Positions 25,945 through 38,564 of a DNA stretch of 64,000 nt are shown in pieces (positions within the stretch are counted from its first letter, which is position 1; the number at the start of each line of letters is the position of its first letter). Below the pieces are notes generated by a model. That model was not told where the DNA came from, made no database searches, and was given only the letters and a program-made list of their open reading frames with translations. Origin of the DNA: Eledone cirrhosa (lineage: Eukaryota); NCBI GenBank assembly GCA_964016885.1, contig OZ024740.1, forward strand, positions 57,536,001 to 57,600,000, in the 5' to 3' direction. The position numbers and the translations under genes were made by a program.

Positions 25945-27745
25945 ATCATCATCATCATTTTACGTCCGCTTTTCCCTGCTTGCAAGGGTGGGATGGGTCT
26001 TATTCAGCACAGCATCTCTCCACTCGTCACGGTCCTTCGTCATCTCCACCGTGAGCTTCAATGATCTGAGGTCTGTTCTCACCACCTCCTCCCATGTTTT
26101 TCGTGGTCTACCTCTACCACGTCTTCCTTCAACTGGCATTTTCTGACACTTCTTCACCCATCGGTCATCCTCCATGCGCAACACATGTCCATACCACCTC
26201 AGTCTCCTCTCCCGTACACTACATTCTATCCCTCTCAGACACAGTTTCTCTCTCAACACATTTATGCTGGGTCGTTCACGCACATTTACACTGCACATCC
26301 AACGGAGCATGCTTGCCTCATTTCTCTCCAGCCGTCGCATATCCTCTGCAGTTGCTGCTCATGTCTCACTACCATGCAGCATCATGCTCCTCACACAGGC
26401 ATCATACAACCAGCCTTTCATACACAGGGAGAAACCCTTCTTCGTCAACAGAGGAAGCAGCTCCCTAAACTTCTTCCAACCCGTCCTTATTCTAGATACT
26501 ATGGCCTCGGAACACCCTCCTCCCATGCTAATCTGATCTCCTAGGTACCGGAAGCTATCCACCACTTTGAAAAATGTGTCTATCAGTGCGACTTCTACTG
26601 TCAAATTTCCCTGTACATCTACTGCATACATATTTCTCCCTACCTGTTAGTTTGCCTGCTATCCCGCTACATCTCTTGCGTACCCAGGATCTGCATTGTG
26701 TGCATTTTATAGAATTTATGCCAGTTCCTTTTCTGCATATCGAACATGGCCATTTCCCTGACGGAATCAGGGTTTTGTCCTCTTTTCTACTCATCAACAC
26801 TTTTGTCTTAGCTAAGTTCACTCTCAGTCCTCTTGCTTCCAACTGCTGTTTCCATAGCCAGAATTCTCTAGCTCCTCTACTTATTCTGCTATAAGAACCA
26901 GATCGTCAGCATAGAGAAGTTCCCATGGACAGCCAGTCTTAAACTCCTCTGTTATGGCTTGGAGGACTATAATGAACAAGAGCGGGCTGAGGACCGAACC
27001 TTGATGTACTCCTACTTGTATCTGGAATTCCTCGCTAAACTCCATTCCTACCCTGACTTTACTGAGAGTACCTCTGTACAAAGTTTGCACTGTCCTCACA
27101 AGCCATTCCTCAACACCTAGCTTCCTTAGGGACCACCAGATGACAGATCGGGGTACCCTATCAAAGGCCTTCTCTAGGTCAACAAAGGCTAAGTATAGTG
27201 GCTTATTTTTCTCTAAGAACCTCTCTTGCAATTGTCTCACCAAGAAGAGGGCATCTGTTGTACTCTTCCCAGGCACAAAACCAAACTGCATCTCATCTAG
27301 TTTGACCCTTTCTCTAATTAGTTGTGCTAATATCCTTTCTGCCACTTTCATAACCTGATCCATCAGTTTTATACCCCTATAATTGCTCCTCTCTAGAGCA
27401 TCCCCTTTACCTTTGTAGCAATTTATGAGAATACTGCTGCACCAGTCTTTGGGTATGACACCACCATATATAGCCTGATTGATGATGCGTGCAACCAGTT
27501 TAGTGCCTACGTCCCCTGATGCCTTCAGCATCTCAGCAACTATTCCCGATGGTCCAGCAGCCTTACCATTTTTCATTTCCCTAATCGCCTTTTGGACCCT
27601 ATATTCGTCAATCTCAATAGCTGGTCCCTCTATTGGATCTACTGAGGGTAATTTCTCTCTCTCCCATTCGTTCTCCACATTCATCAGTCTCTCATAATGA
27701 CATTTCCAGGCCTCCTTTTTCTGATCATTCGTGACACTAAGTACA
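25945..27745 (-). mobile_element. 5'-truncated RTE LINE, subfamily C
   Basis: ORFs 26881-27933 (RT motifs through LYADD), 26555-26842, 26359-26631 and 25960-26340; colinear with 47030-48855. Confidence 0.95.
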
Positions 27746-28151
27746 CTAAGACACACACACATAGAACAAACAACCAACCAACAATAAATAAATAAATAAA
27801 CAAACAAATATAAATAGAAAAATAGAAAAATGAACACAAACACACACAGACACCCGGATGTGGCGCATGCGCAAACTGAGCACGCAACCCACACACAAAC
27901 AAAATGGCGTAGGATAGAAGAAAGGAAAGGCACAGAAACGAAGAAAGAAATCCCCAGTCACTGAAGAGGTCACAGAGTGTGTGACGAAAGAACTATGACT
28001 ATATATATATAAACAACTATCTGGTTGTGGAACCAACCAACCAACCAGAAATTTATAAATTTGTAAATTTATAAATATATAATAAATTAAATTGAAGTGA
28101 AAGCAACTGGTGCGTGTGTTTCTTATTGGCAACATGACCCTCCCAAAGTAT

Positions 28152-28157
<6 letters not shown>
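27746..28157 (+). mobile_element. non-coding repeat (Penelope pLTR/retrozyme-like) containing a hammerhead motif
   Basis: Homologous to 28605-28928 and 60741-61337; shared terminus ATGACCCTCCCAAAGTATAACA abutting (TA)n. Confidence 0.7.
27956..28000 (+). ncRNA. minimal type I hammerhead ribozyme motif
   Basis: AGTCA-CTGAAGA-g-GTCACA gagtg TGTGAC-GAAA-GAAC-TA-TGACT: stem I AGTCA/TGACT, core CUGANGA, stem II, GAAA, very short stem III, UH site. Confidence 0.7.
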
Positions 28158-28224
<67 letters not shown>

Positions 28225-28351
28225 TGATCGTGTAGGAGTTATGATAATAAGCACCCAGCACACACTGTAAATATGGTTGGCATTAGGAAGGGCATCCATC
28301 TGTAGAAAACAAGCCAAAATCATACCAACACAATCTTCTCTCTAGTATATT

Positions 28352-28602
28352 ACATCTGATCCCTCTTATGCTTAATTTCTCTCTTAGTTCAATTACGCTT
28401 TGGTGTTTATGTATATTACTATTACACATCCCTCAGAGCATACCAACTTCATTTCTTTCCAATCTACCCAGGTCTTTTGCACACAGTGCCCAGGACTCAC
28501 TACCATGCAACATTGTTGTTCATATACATGCATCATAGTCTTTCCTTCAATTTAAGGGGAAAACCTTTTGTAGCTAACACTGGTAGTAGCTCCCTGAACT
28601 TT
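28352..28602 (-). mobile_element. decayed RTE C-terminal fragment
   Basis: Matches the KFRELLP..MLHGSE..LERNE region of the RTE copies. Confidence 0.7.
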
Positions 28603-28604
28603 AC

Positions 28605-28928
28605 TGATCGTTATTCATTTGTTTGTCAAAGTTCTTTTGTCACACATTCTGTGACTTCCTCAATAAATATCTGTTTTATGCCTCCTCTTTTTCATGGTCT
28701 TAAAGTTCTACTCCATCTTGTCTTTGTTTTGTGGTGCATCATTTGTGTTTTGTGTCTGCACATGCTTTTGCACCTGTATCTCTCTGTGCGGCACAAAACA
28801 GATAATCATTGAGAAGGTCACAGAATGTGTGATGAAAGAACTTTGTCAAAAAAATGAATAACGAACAATAGTGTGAAATTTATATCGTGTGTGTGTTTCT
28901 ATTGACAATCCCAAAATATAACAATATC
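28605..28928. mobile_element. fold-back copy of the hammerhead-bearing repeat (degenerate)
   Basis: Arms ~28608-28664 and ~28808-28864 are reverse complements, each covering the GTCACAGAATGTGTGA-(G/A)AAAGAACT motif. Confidence 0.7.
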
Positions 28929-29299
28929 AGTTTCAACACACGATTTTGCATCAAGAATCTTGCAGAACAAATTCATAAATAAATCATCATCATTATCATC
29001 ATCATCATCATCATTTAATGTCCATTTTCCACACTTGCATTTGTAGGGCGGGCTGTCCCTTTGTGAGAGATCAGGTCAGGAGGACCGTGTTTCACTCACA
29101 CAGAACTGATTTTGGCCTGGTTTCTACAGTTGGATGCCCTTCCTAATGCCAGCCACATTTACAGTGTGTACTGGATGCTTTTTGTCGTGACACCTACACA
29201 ATCACTTTGTGGGCTAGACACTTGTGTGGGCTAGACACTTTTTGTCATGTCGACAACATGACCACTTTACAGTGTGGACTGGGTGATTTTTGTTGTGTC

Positions 29300-29985
29300 A
29301 CTTGGTAAGCAGGAAAAAAGACAGGACCCTTGCCATCAAGGAAGTGGCCCTGCTCGATATGCAGAAAACGAGTAGGCTGATACACTATATGATGTGCACA
29401 ATGTAAATCTTGGATACACAAGAGGTGTAGTAGTGCTAGCAGGCAGACTAACAGGAAACGAAGTCCCTCTGTGTACTAGATGCACAATGGGAAGAGCAAC
29501 AGTGATATAAACCTTTTCCAATCCCATGAACATTCCATAGAAGTGGTTTATAGCTTCTGCTACGTAGGAGACCTAATTAGCAGTGGGGGAGGGTGCTCTG
29601 AGAGTATAATAGCTAGAATAAGGATAGGAGGGAAGAAGTTAAAGAGCTACCCCCTCTGTTGACAACAAAAAGTTTCTCCCTACATACAAAAGGATGACTG
29701 TATAGTTTCTGTGTGTGAAGTGCAATGTTGCACGGTAGTGAAACATAGGCAGTGACTTCAGAAGACATGCATAGGCTGGAAAGAAATGAAGCAGCCATAC
29801 TGCATTGGATGTGTGATGTAAATGTGAGAGAATGGCAGAGCTTGGAAGGGAGTTGATCTCAAATCACTGAGACTCACAGAGGAGATGGCAAAAGAACGCA
29901 TCTGGAGAAATGCTGCGCTGAAAGGGAGCCATCTAAACCATGCAAGCATGGAAAAGCGAACGTAAAAAATAATGATGATGATGAC
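29300..29985 (+). mobile_element. older degenerate RTE 3' portion
   Basis: GKWPCSICRK, FCYVGDLISSGGGCSES and MLHGSET motifs with stops; (GAT)n tail. Confidence 0.8.
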
Positions 29986-30101
29986 AATATATATTATATG
30001 TATATGTGTGTATAATACAACCATATAGTTACTTTTTACTTGTGTTATATATATAACCCATGCTAACATAGAAAAGAAACATAAAATGATGATATATATA
30101 G

Positions 30102-30297
30102 TAATAATAATTGTTTCTACTTTTGGCACAAGGCCAGCAATTACCCAGTACATTAATGGTACTTTATTTTATCGACCCCCTAAGGATGAAAGGCAAAGTT
30201 AACCTTGGCGGGATTTGAACTCAGACCGTAAAGGGACGTAACTATGCTAGAAAGCATGGTGTCCAACCCTCTACCGATACTGCCAATTCACCGCCCT
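30102..30297 (-). mobile_element. full tRNA-derived SINE with Meta-domain-like core
   Basis: Minus strand: GGGCGGTGAATTGGCAG.. head, GAGTTCAAATCCC B box, GGTTAACTTTGCCTTTCATCC..GGGGTCGATAAAATAAAGTACC core, (ATT)n tail. Confidence 0.85.
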
Positions 30298-30847
30298 TAT
30301 ATATAGTAATAATAATAATACTAATAATAAATAAAAATACCAATAACCAAAAAGGACTCAATAAAGGTTGTATATATATAAGTATGTGTACAGCCGTAGA
30401 ACAAATATTTATTATTAGTACAGGTTAAAAGTTTAAGCAATGAATTTTTGCTTTCACCCTAACCAGAATCATCTGAAACTGAGAAAAATCAATCTGTAGA
30501 TGCAGAAGTAAATATTTCAAAAAGATTATGACTAAATATTGCTTTTAAAAGACAGGAAGACATAACAGTAGTGTGTGAGGACATTCACTTGAAATGAGTG
30601 AAACTTATGCAAGGAGAATTACATCATTATATGGAGCGAGAAGAACAAAGTTTTGCTATGAAAAAATCATATTCTTTTTATGAAAAAATCAGGAGACTAA
30701 TATTCTTTTTAGAATAGCCGGAAATTATTTTCCAGCTACCATATATGGAAAATGATATTAATAGTAATAGTATGATTGAACATAAAAATACTGAACGTAT
30801 TAATAATAGTAAAAACAATAATAATAACGTAAACATTAATATATATA

Positions 30848-30928
30848 TACAGGATGTCCCCCCAAAATGTATACACATTTGAGTTATCTGCTGTTAAAGT
30901 ATGTATACATTTTTGGGGACACCCTGTA
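30848..30928. mobile_element. ~80-bp Tc1/mariner-type mini-MITE
   Basis: TA|CAGGATGTCCCCCCAAAATGTATACA...TGTATACATTTTTGGGGACACCCTG|TA. Confidence 0.85.
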
Positions 30929-32852
30929 TATATATATATATATATGTAAAACATATATAAATACATAACAAAGTCAGAGTCTTGCTTTATAAATATATAA
31001 TCTGTTAGCATTCAAACAGAATCAAGAAACCTAAATTTCAAGAAACACATTGAAAATCCCATTTTTATAGCAAATAATTTTACCGGTTTTATACAACTTC
31101 AAATCATCTATATAAATAGATACAGGACAGTTGGAGTGAATGTTATATGAGTTGTTAATTTGATAATGATATCTGAAATAACTTTTAACTTCTGTTAGAA
31201 TATTTAATGTTTCCTATTAACTTCTGGCTTACACACCTACAGAGGAATATTTTCAATTAATTCTTAATGATGTCATTTAATATCTATTAAATTACTATTA
31301 AAGAAAATAACAGTGAAATGGTTGTAAATTTATTACTTATTAAGAGCAAAATGAATACTTTCAACATAATATGTTAGGTTATATATTTGATATGTAAAGA
31401 AAACATCACCAGCTCAGATAGCACAAGGGTGAAAAATATTCACATTTTCTGCAAATTTCTTCTCTTTCTAAGAAAGCCAGTGTTAATGTAATTTATTCCT
31501 TTCATAAAAGAAGCAAGTGAAATATAGAAAATGTAATTATAATGTATTCAAAAGATTCTGGCAGAGTTTTCAGTTTATTTTAGTCTGTGATAGATTTAAA
31601 AGCTATTTTCAACCAATACAGGGCAGCAAGAGTAAGCTGTGAGTATTGATAAGCAAAGTGAAAACAGTGATATTGAAGGAAGAACTATTGATGGCTGTCA
31701 GTTGAGCGAGAAGGACATTTATCTTGTGTAGCAGAACAAACTAGATTAACACTTTCCTTCCCTTACAAAACAAATTATTCACACCGTCTTTAAAATTTAT
31801 TGTCATTCTCAAATATTATCTGAAACGATTTTTCAAGGCAAGGAAAATCGTTAAACGCTAGTTTGAAACAGAGAGCAGTTTATTCAAGAATTTTCTGTTT
31901 GGATATTTAGCTTTTCTTATTTTAAATTTAATTAATTCTTCAAAGGTGGTGAGTGAGTTCACAGCTTTTGCTGTTTCTTAGATAATAATATTGATTTCTT
32001 AGTTTGGCACAGAACCACAAATATGTGCGAGTGAAATATAGTCCGTGAGATCAACTCCAAAACATGCCTGGAACTTATCTTAACTCCAGAGGATTGAAAT
32101 TTAAAGTAGAGCAAAACTGGATTTGAGAGCTGAGAATGTAAGAAGCGGGTACTAAATCGTCATCATTTTATGCCTCCTAGCTTTCCAAGCTGACATGCGT
32201 TGCACTGGTCATAGTCAGAGACTAGAGAGGTTAAGGGGACTTTGTCTTGCTCGTATGTTCCCTTTTTGGCATGGATTCTACAGCTGGATGCCCTTCCTAT
32301 CACCAACCACTTTCCAGGGTGTACTGGATGCATTTTATCACAGCACCAGCACTAGTGAAGTCATTGTGACCTCTGCAGGGAAAAGAGTGGATGTATGATG
32401 GAGGTGAAACTAAATATTGTATATATTATATTCTGGTGTTCTACCATTTATAGGCAAATCTGCACAGTCATTAGAGCATCAGATTAGATATCTCAGTAAC
32501 TGTTCTGGCTCTCTGCACTCTAAGATCTTAATCTTAGCAAAAGCCAATTTTGCCTTTCATCATTTTAGAGTTGATAAATAAAGTACCAGTCTAGGAGTTG
32601 TGGATTGGTGAAATTGTTAGTAAGACAAGATGTCTTGCAGTATCTGTTCCAGCTCTTTGTGTTCAAATCTTGCTCCTTGTCCCCAGAAAAGCTGTGACAT
32701 TTCTGCCAGGAATTGTGATTGGCAGATAATATCAGCAATGGATAGACAAATGGAAACAGATTTCTTGGTTCAATCTGATGAATAGTTCCTTTCTTTTTCT
32801 ACCATTTACATCATTCCATGAGCGATAAATGAATTCAGTATATGTCTGATGG

Positions 32853-32854
<2 letters not shown>

Positions 32855-32883
<29 letters not shown>

Positions 32884-35243
32884 GTTTAACGTCCATGTTC
32901 CACGCTTGCATGGGTTTGGACGGGAGTTTTCCCACTTGAGGCAAGAATGGTTGTCTTGCTCGCATAGGACTGTCTGGCGGGTTTTCTACAGCTGGATGCC
33001 CTTCCTAACACCAACCACATTTACAGTGTGGGGCTGGGAGGTTTTTACCGTGTTGCCTACACGGCCACATTACAGCGTGGACTGTGTGTTTTTTTGTCGT
33101 GACACCTACACGACCTCATTTGTTTCGGCCTGGATGTTGTGGCACCAACTTAACTTTACATTGAAAGGGGCAGTGTGGATGGGGTGGGGGTGGTGTGACG
33201 GGGGCGTATTTTGTTAGAGATGCCTACTGACTGTAGTAGGTTTACTTTGTATTTAGGCAAGGTGGGTCTTCTCTATTACTGAGTACCGCCAAAGATCTCG
33301 GTCCAGTGACATTATCTTGGAGAAGTGTAAGTGTGTGAAGTCGGAATTTATCAGGTCGTCCCAGGTTTTTCTGGATCTGCCTACTCTGTGGCTACTGTCT
33401 ATCTTTATTGCCCTGCACTTTTTTATACAGCTGTCGTCTTTCATGCGCATCACGTGACCATACCAACGTAGCCTTCTCTCGAGTAAACAATATCTGATCC
33501 CTCTTATTTCTAATTTTTCCCTTAGTTCGTTTATGCTTTGCCGTTCACGTATATTACTATTACACATCCAGCGGAGCATGCAAGCTTCGTTCCTCTCTAG
33601 TCTGCATATATCCTCTGCACACAATGCCCAGGTCTCACTGCCATGCAACATTGCTGTTCGTATGCAGGCATCATACAACCTGCCTTCCATTTTTAGGGAG
33701 AACCCTTTAGCGGCTAATAGTGGTATAAGCTCTCTGAACTTTTTCCATCCAGTTCTGACTCTAGCTACTGTACTTTCAGAGCACCCTCCCCCACTGCTGA
33801 TTTTGTCACCCAGGTAACGGAAGCTGTCCACTATTTCTATAGAACCCTCTGCGCAATTGAAAGAGCTAGTATTTGTGGGCACTTGCTGCTACTTATTGCA
33901 CCAGAGCACTGGCCACATGTAAAATCTATGTTCTTAGTTAGCTTACCTGTGATCCCACTACATCTTTTATGCACCCATACTTTGCATTTGGGACATAAAA
34001 TGGAGTTTCTACCTACGCCTTTCCTACACACTGAGCATGGCCATTTCCCGGAAGGGACCGTCGCCTTATTTTCTTTCCTACAAACTAGAACTTTAGTCTT
34101 AGCCAGGTTAATTTTAAGGCCTTTTGATTCTAGGCCGTGCTTCCATGTTTGGAATTTCTTCTCTAGCTCAGCCATTGATTCAGCTATGAGCGTTAGATCA
34201 TCTGCGTATAGGAGTTCCCATGGGCAGCCGGTCTTGAACTCCACTGTTATAGCCTGAAGGGCAATAATAAATAGTAGGGGGCTAAGAACAGAGCCCTGAT
34301 GAACACCAACTTTTACACTAAACTCTTCACTATATTCGTTGTTAATTCTAAACTTGCTGACTGTTTCTTTATACATGGCTTGTATAGCTCTCACAAGCCA
34401 TTCATCAACACCTAGTTTTCTAAGAGCCCACCAGATAATGGAACAGGGGACTCTGTCGAAGGCTTTCTCCAAGTCAACAAAAGCTAAGTATAGGGGTTTA
34501 CTTTTAGCTACGTACTTCTCCTGTAGTTGTCGTACAATGAAAAGAGCGTCTGTGGTACTTTTGCCTGACACAAACCCAAACTGCATTTCATCTAGATCAA
34601 TTCTCTCTCTGATTAGTTGCGCTATAACTTTTTCCGTCACCTTCATGACCTGGTCGATTAATTTAATGCCTCTATAGTTACTCCTATTTATGGCATCTCC
34701 TTTACCCTTGTAACAGTTAATGATGATGCTGCTACGCCAGTCCTTCGGAACAACCCCATTCTGTATGACTTGGTTTACTATCCGGGTGACCATGGTGTGT
34801 CCCACTGTTCCAGAGGCATTCAGCATCTCAGCAACTATTTCCGAAGGCCCAGCCGCCTTACCCGTCTTCATATCTTTGATCGCCTTACTTATTGTACTAC
34901 CTTCGACTAACACTGCTGGTCCCTCTATTGGGTCGATGTGGGGGAGACTGTCTTTCTCCCATTTATTCTCCTCATTTAGAAGCCTTTCGTAGTGACACTT
35001 CCAAGCTACCTTCTTATCAGCGTCAGTGATGGCAAGTACGCCATCATCATTAAGGACACACTTCTCCCCGACAATATCATGGTTTTCCTCGACACATTGC
35101 CTAGCAATCCTGAACAGCTCACGTTTTTGGTCCTCACGTTGTAGAACATGCTTGAACTTTCTTTCCTCTGCTTCCCTTCTTGCGAAGTACACTTGTCTCC
35201 TAGCTTCCCTCCTGGCCACTTGATAGTCTTCTCTACTTCCCAT
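32855..35243 (-). mobile_element. 5'-truncated RTE LINE, subfamily A (RT, one frameshift near 33870)
   Basis: ORFs 33837-35243 (468 aa, RT motifs) and 33253-33882; (CAT)n tail. Confidence 0.95.
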
Positions 35244-35598
35244 AAATCTTAATATATAATTGGATCAGTTTAAAGCAATAATTTAATAAATATGTGAGTC
35301 AGTAGTGTTAAAGAGATTTCCAAATGTGTAGTAATATCATTTCAATTAGATTATATAATGTTTGCAAAAAAAACAAAAACAAAAAACAATTAGAGGAATT
35401 AAGATGAAATTCAGTCTAGAAATATATGTCAAGGCAACCTTTAAGAGATGAAAATTAATAAAACCCACCAAAACACACTAATATCATGTAAGATAAAGAA
35501 TTAGACCAACCATAAACATACACAAACTTAAAATTGAATGAACTAGATGGAGTACACTACACATAAATGAAAGAAAAGGTGAATAAAGAATATTATAT

Positions 35599-37300
35599 AT
35601 GAGGGTGGGCTGAAAAGTTCATACGCTGACTATGAAGGAGTGATGTTAGGGCTGTAAAATCGTGCATGCATTAATTTCAACTCTTTGCATTAATAACTGC
35701 ATGCAAACAATGGGTACACAAGAGATGTAGCGGGATCTCAGGAAGCTTAATTAAGAATGTAGGATTCACATGCAGCAGCTGTGCTGAAACAGCAAGCAAA
35801 CAGCCACAGGAAACAAGTACCACCAATCTCTGGGAGGGCCCTGTAGAAACAGTAGACAGCTTCTGCTACCTAGGTGACCGAATTAGCAACGGAGGTGGGT
35901 GCTCAGAAAGTACAATAACTAGGGTAAGAACGGGATGGAAGAAGTTTAGGGAACTACTACCACTGCTAGCTGCAAAAGGCTTCTCCCTCAGAATGAAAGG
36001 CAGACTGTATGATGCGTGTATCCGAACAGCGATGTTGCATGGTAGTGAGACCTGGGCGCTGAAGGTGGAAGACTTACGTAGATTAGAGAGAAACGAAGCC
36101 TGCATGCTCCGATGGATGTGTAACAGTAATATACGTGAACGACAAAGCATAAATGAATTGAGAGAGAGACTGAGCATAAGAGGAATCAAATGCTGCGTGC
36201 AGGAGAGGCGGTTACGCTGGTATGGACATGTGATGCGTATGAAGGATGACAGCTGCATAAAAAGGTGCAGAGCACTAGAAGTTGATGGAAACCGCGGAGT
36301 GGGGAGACCCAAGATGACTTGGGATGAGGTGATAAAAGCCGACCTTACCCAACTACACCTCTCAAAGTCAATGACACACGACCGTGACTTCTGGCGTCAC
36401 GCAGTAATACAGGGTACCCGACCTCCCATGGGTACATGCTGAAGCATATAAACAATATGCCCCCCCCCCCCACCGCAAGGTGGTCGTGGAGGTGCCACGG
36501 CAAAAAAGCACCCAGCCCACACTGTAAAGTGGACGTGTAGGCGCCACGAAAAAGCACCCAGCACTCACTGTAAATGAGGTTGGTGTTAGGAAGGGCATCC
36601 AGCTGTAGAAATCAAGCCAGATCAGTTCCTGTATGAGCAAGGCATGGTCAGCCGACCAGACACTGCCCACAACAGGACAACCCGTCTAACCCATGCTAGC
36701 GTGGAAGAACGGACGTAAAACGGTGATGATGATGATGATGATGCATTGTTTCTTCCCTAGTAAACTGACTGAAAAGAAGACTTCAAAAGTAACTAGTAGC
36801 AACTAGTCTTGAAAATGGACAAAATTTGGACATTCATGCTAACATGGTTGCTATATTAGGGCATAACACTCTAGCTTTAACAACAGTGCAAAAGTGGGCA
36901 GCTGAATTTAGGTGGGGAAGGGAGAGTCTTGAAGATGACCAAAAGTCTGGATGTCCTACAATTGTCATCATCAAAGAAAACATTGATCATGTTCACCACA
37001 TGGTGAGTGACTATAAATCAAATATAGAGTATATTCTGCACAATGAACTTGCTATGACGAAGGTTTCTGCTCAGTGGGTGCAACATCTTCTGACATTTGA
37101 TCAAAAGCACACCAGGCTGATCACATTTCAGGAAAAGTGGACAATATTTGATCCAGCTGGTTTCCGTGAACATTTCCTCCTAACCCAGGATGAGTGTTGG
37201 GTTCATTTATCACTTTGAGCCAGAGACAAAGAAACAATTCATGCAGTGGAAAAACCCTTCCTCACCTACTCCAAAGAAGGTCAAGGTCATTTCATTTGCA
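35599..37300 (+). mobile_element. mariner remnant split by an RTE-B insertion
   Basis: TIR GAGGGTGGGCTGAAAAGTTCAT at ~35601; ORFs 36826-37218 and 37190-37408 (DIHANMV..VQKWAAEF, WVQHLLT, TQDECWV, PETKKQFMQWK). Confidence 0.85.
35701..36743 (+). mobile_element. 5'-truncated RTE LINE, subfamily B
   Basis: ORF 35993-36442; B-type UTR and (GAT)n tail. Confidence 0.95.
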
Positions 37301-37417
37301 GAGATTTCACTGCATCGAGATATGATAACAGTTGTGAGGAGGATGGAGAAACACACAGAATATATGCAACGAAAATTCCTAGAGAATGAAAGTCACTATA
37401 CTTCATAGAAACAAAGC

Positions 37418-37643
37418 TTAACCTTTTAGTATATACATTACTCTATATTTACTTTTGTATTTTCATGGTAAATACTTTGTTTCACATAATTATCTCACAT
37501 AATATCGAATCTACAAGATATTGATATTTATTTTGAGAACAATACCTTAACAAAAGTATGAGCAGCCTGTTATAGCTGGTTTGAACAGAAAGAGGTGAGA
37601 GAATTCTGGCTGGATATGGTCAGTTTAAATGCTAAAGGGTAAA
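37418..37643. mobile_element. piggyBac-like MITE (opposite orientation to 18429)
   Basis: TTAACCTTTTAG...AAATGCTAAAGGGT ends; same body. Confidence 0.8.
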
Positions 37644-37869
37644 AACAAATTGCCCAGATATTGTCCCACCCTTGCAAGCAAGGAAAAGCAGTCGTAAAAT
37701 GATGATGATGATTACTATCAAATCTATCAGGAAAAGTAATGCCTCTAATTTGCTGATTCAATTCCAATAGATAACAAAATCTTTCTAAAAGAAATGGTGA
37801 AGCTATCTAAATATGGCTGAAATAGGGATAACTAAAATGTGGTGATTGGAAACTGAAACAATGCACATA

Positions 37870-38360
37870 CTTTATATACTGCTATATAAGCAGAGAAATA
37901 TGTGACAAAAAAAAAATCAATGGTAAAATGGAGAGTCGGCTGATATTTGAGGTCAATATTTTGCCAATTTTCACCAACTTCAAATTCTACATAAGATATT
38001 TTTGCTTTAGAGGTGAATATTACATCAGTTTCATTTTATAGGTGAATATTACACCACTTAGAATTTAGAGGTGAACTTTTTTATTGTTTTCGATGTTTTG
38101 AATGAATATGGTCTTCAAAACGATCAGAAATTGGTAAAAAAATTCATTACGCAATAAAGTTGTAAAATGAAATCTATACTCTAAATGACTCTTAAAACAT
38201 TTTAAATATCAAAATATTAAAACTTCATAAATATATTCTCCACTAACAAGAATTTCAAGACTATGCTATCTAGCACAATGCATATAAATGGGGTTTGGAG
38301 TTTTGCCCATTTCTCAGACATAAATTGTGGGGTCAGCTTATATTCGAGTATATACAATAA
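37870..38360. mobile_element. old DNA-transposon-derived repeat (pogo/Tigger-like); shorter copy at 43499-43707
   Basis: Shared ATATAAGCAGAG.AATATGTGAC start and TTTTGCCCATTTCTCAGACATAAATT..GGGGTCAGCTTATATT end; terminal inverted similarity in the 43499 copy. Confidence 0.55.
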
Positions 38361-38564
38361 GTATATTGGGAGTGATTAGAAAGCAATGCAAACAAATATA
38401 TAATGAAAAGCACAAGACTTCCATACAGAAAATAAAATTACTAGTAACTGCATATACATTACATAGATTACTTTCAATACAATAAAAAAGTAAAACAAAA
38501 TATTGCACATACTCTGCACTCAGTGACACAGTAAAAGAATCTAATGAAAATTAAATTACTGAAA

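Noticed and set aside
30462-30507. Possible + strand micro-exon (CCAG|AATC...GAA|GTAAAT)
   Set aside because: No recognisable homology or partner exons; such signals arise by chance.
32849-33217. Recurrent ORF family containing WMPFLTPT
   Set aside because: Antisense reading of the shared LINE/SINE UTR module; frames and ends vary among copies.
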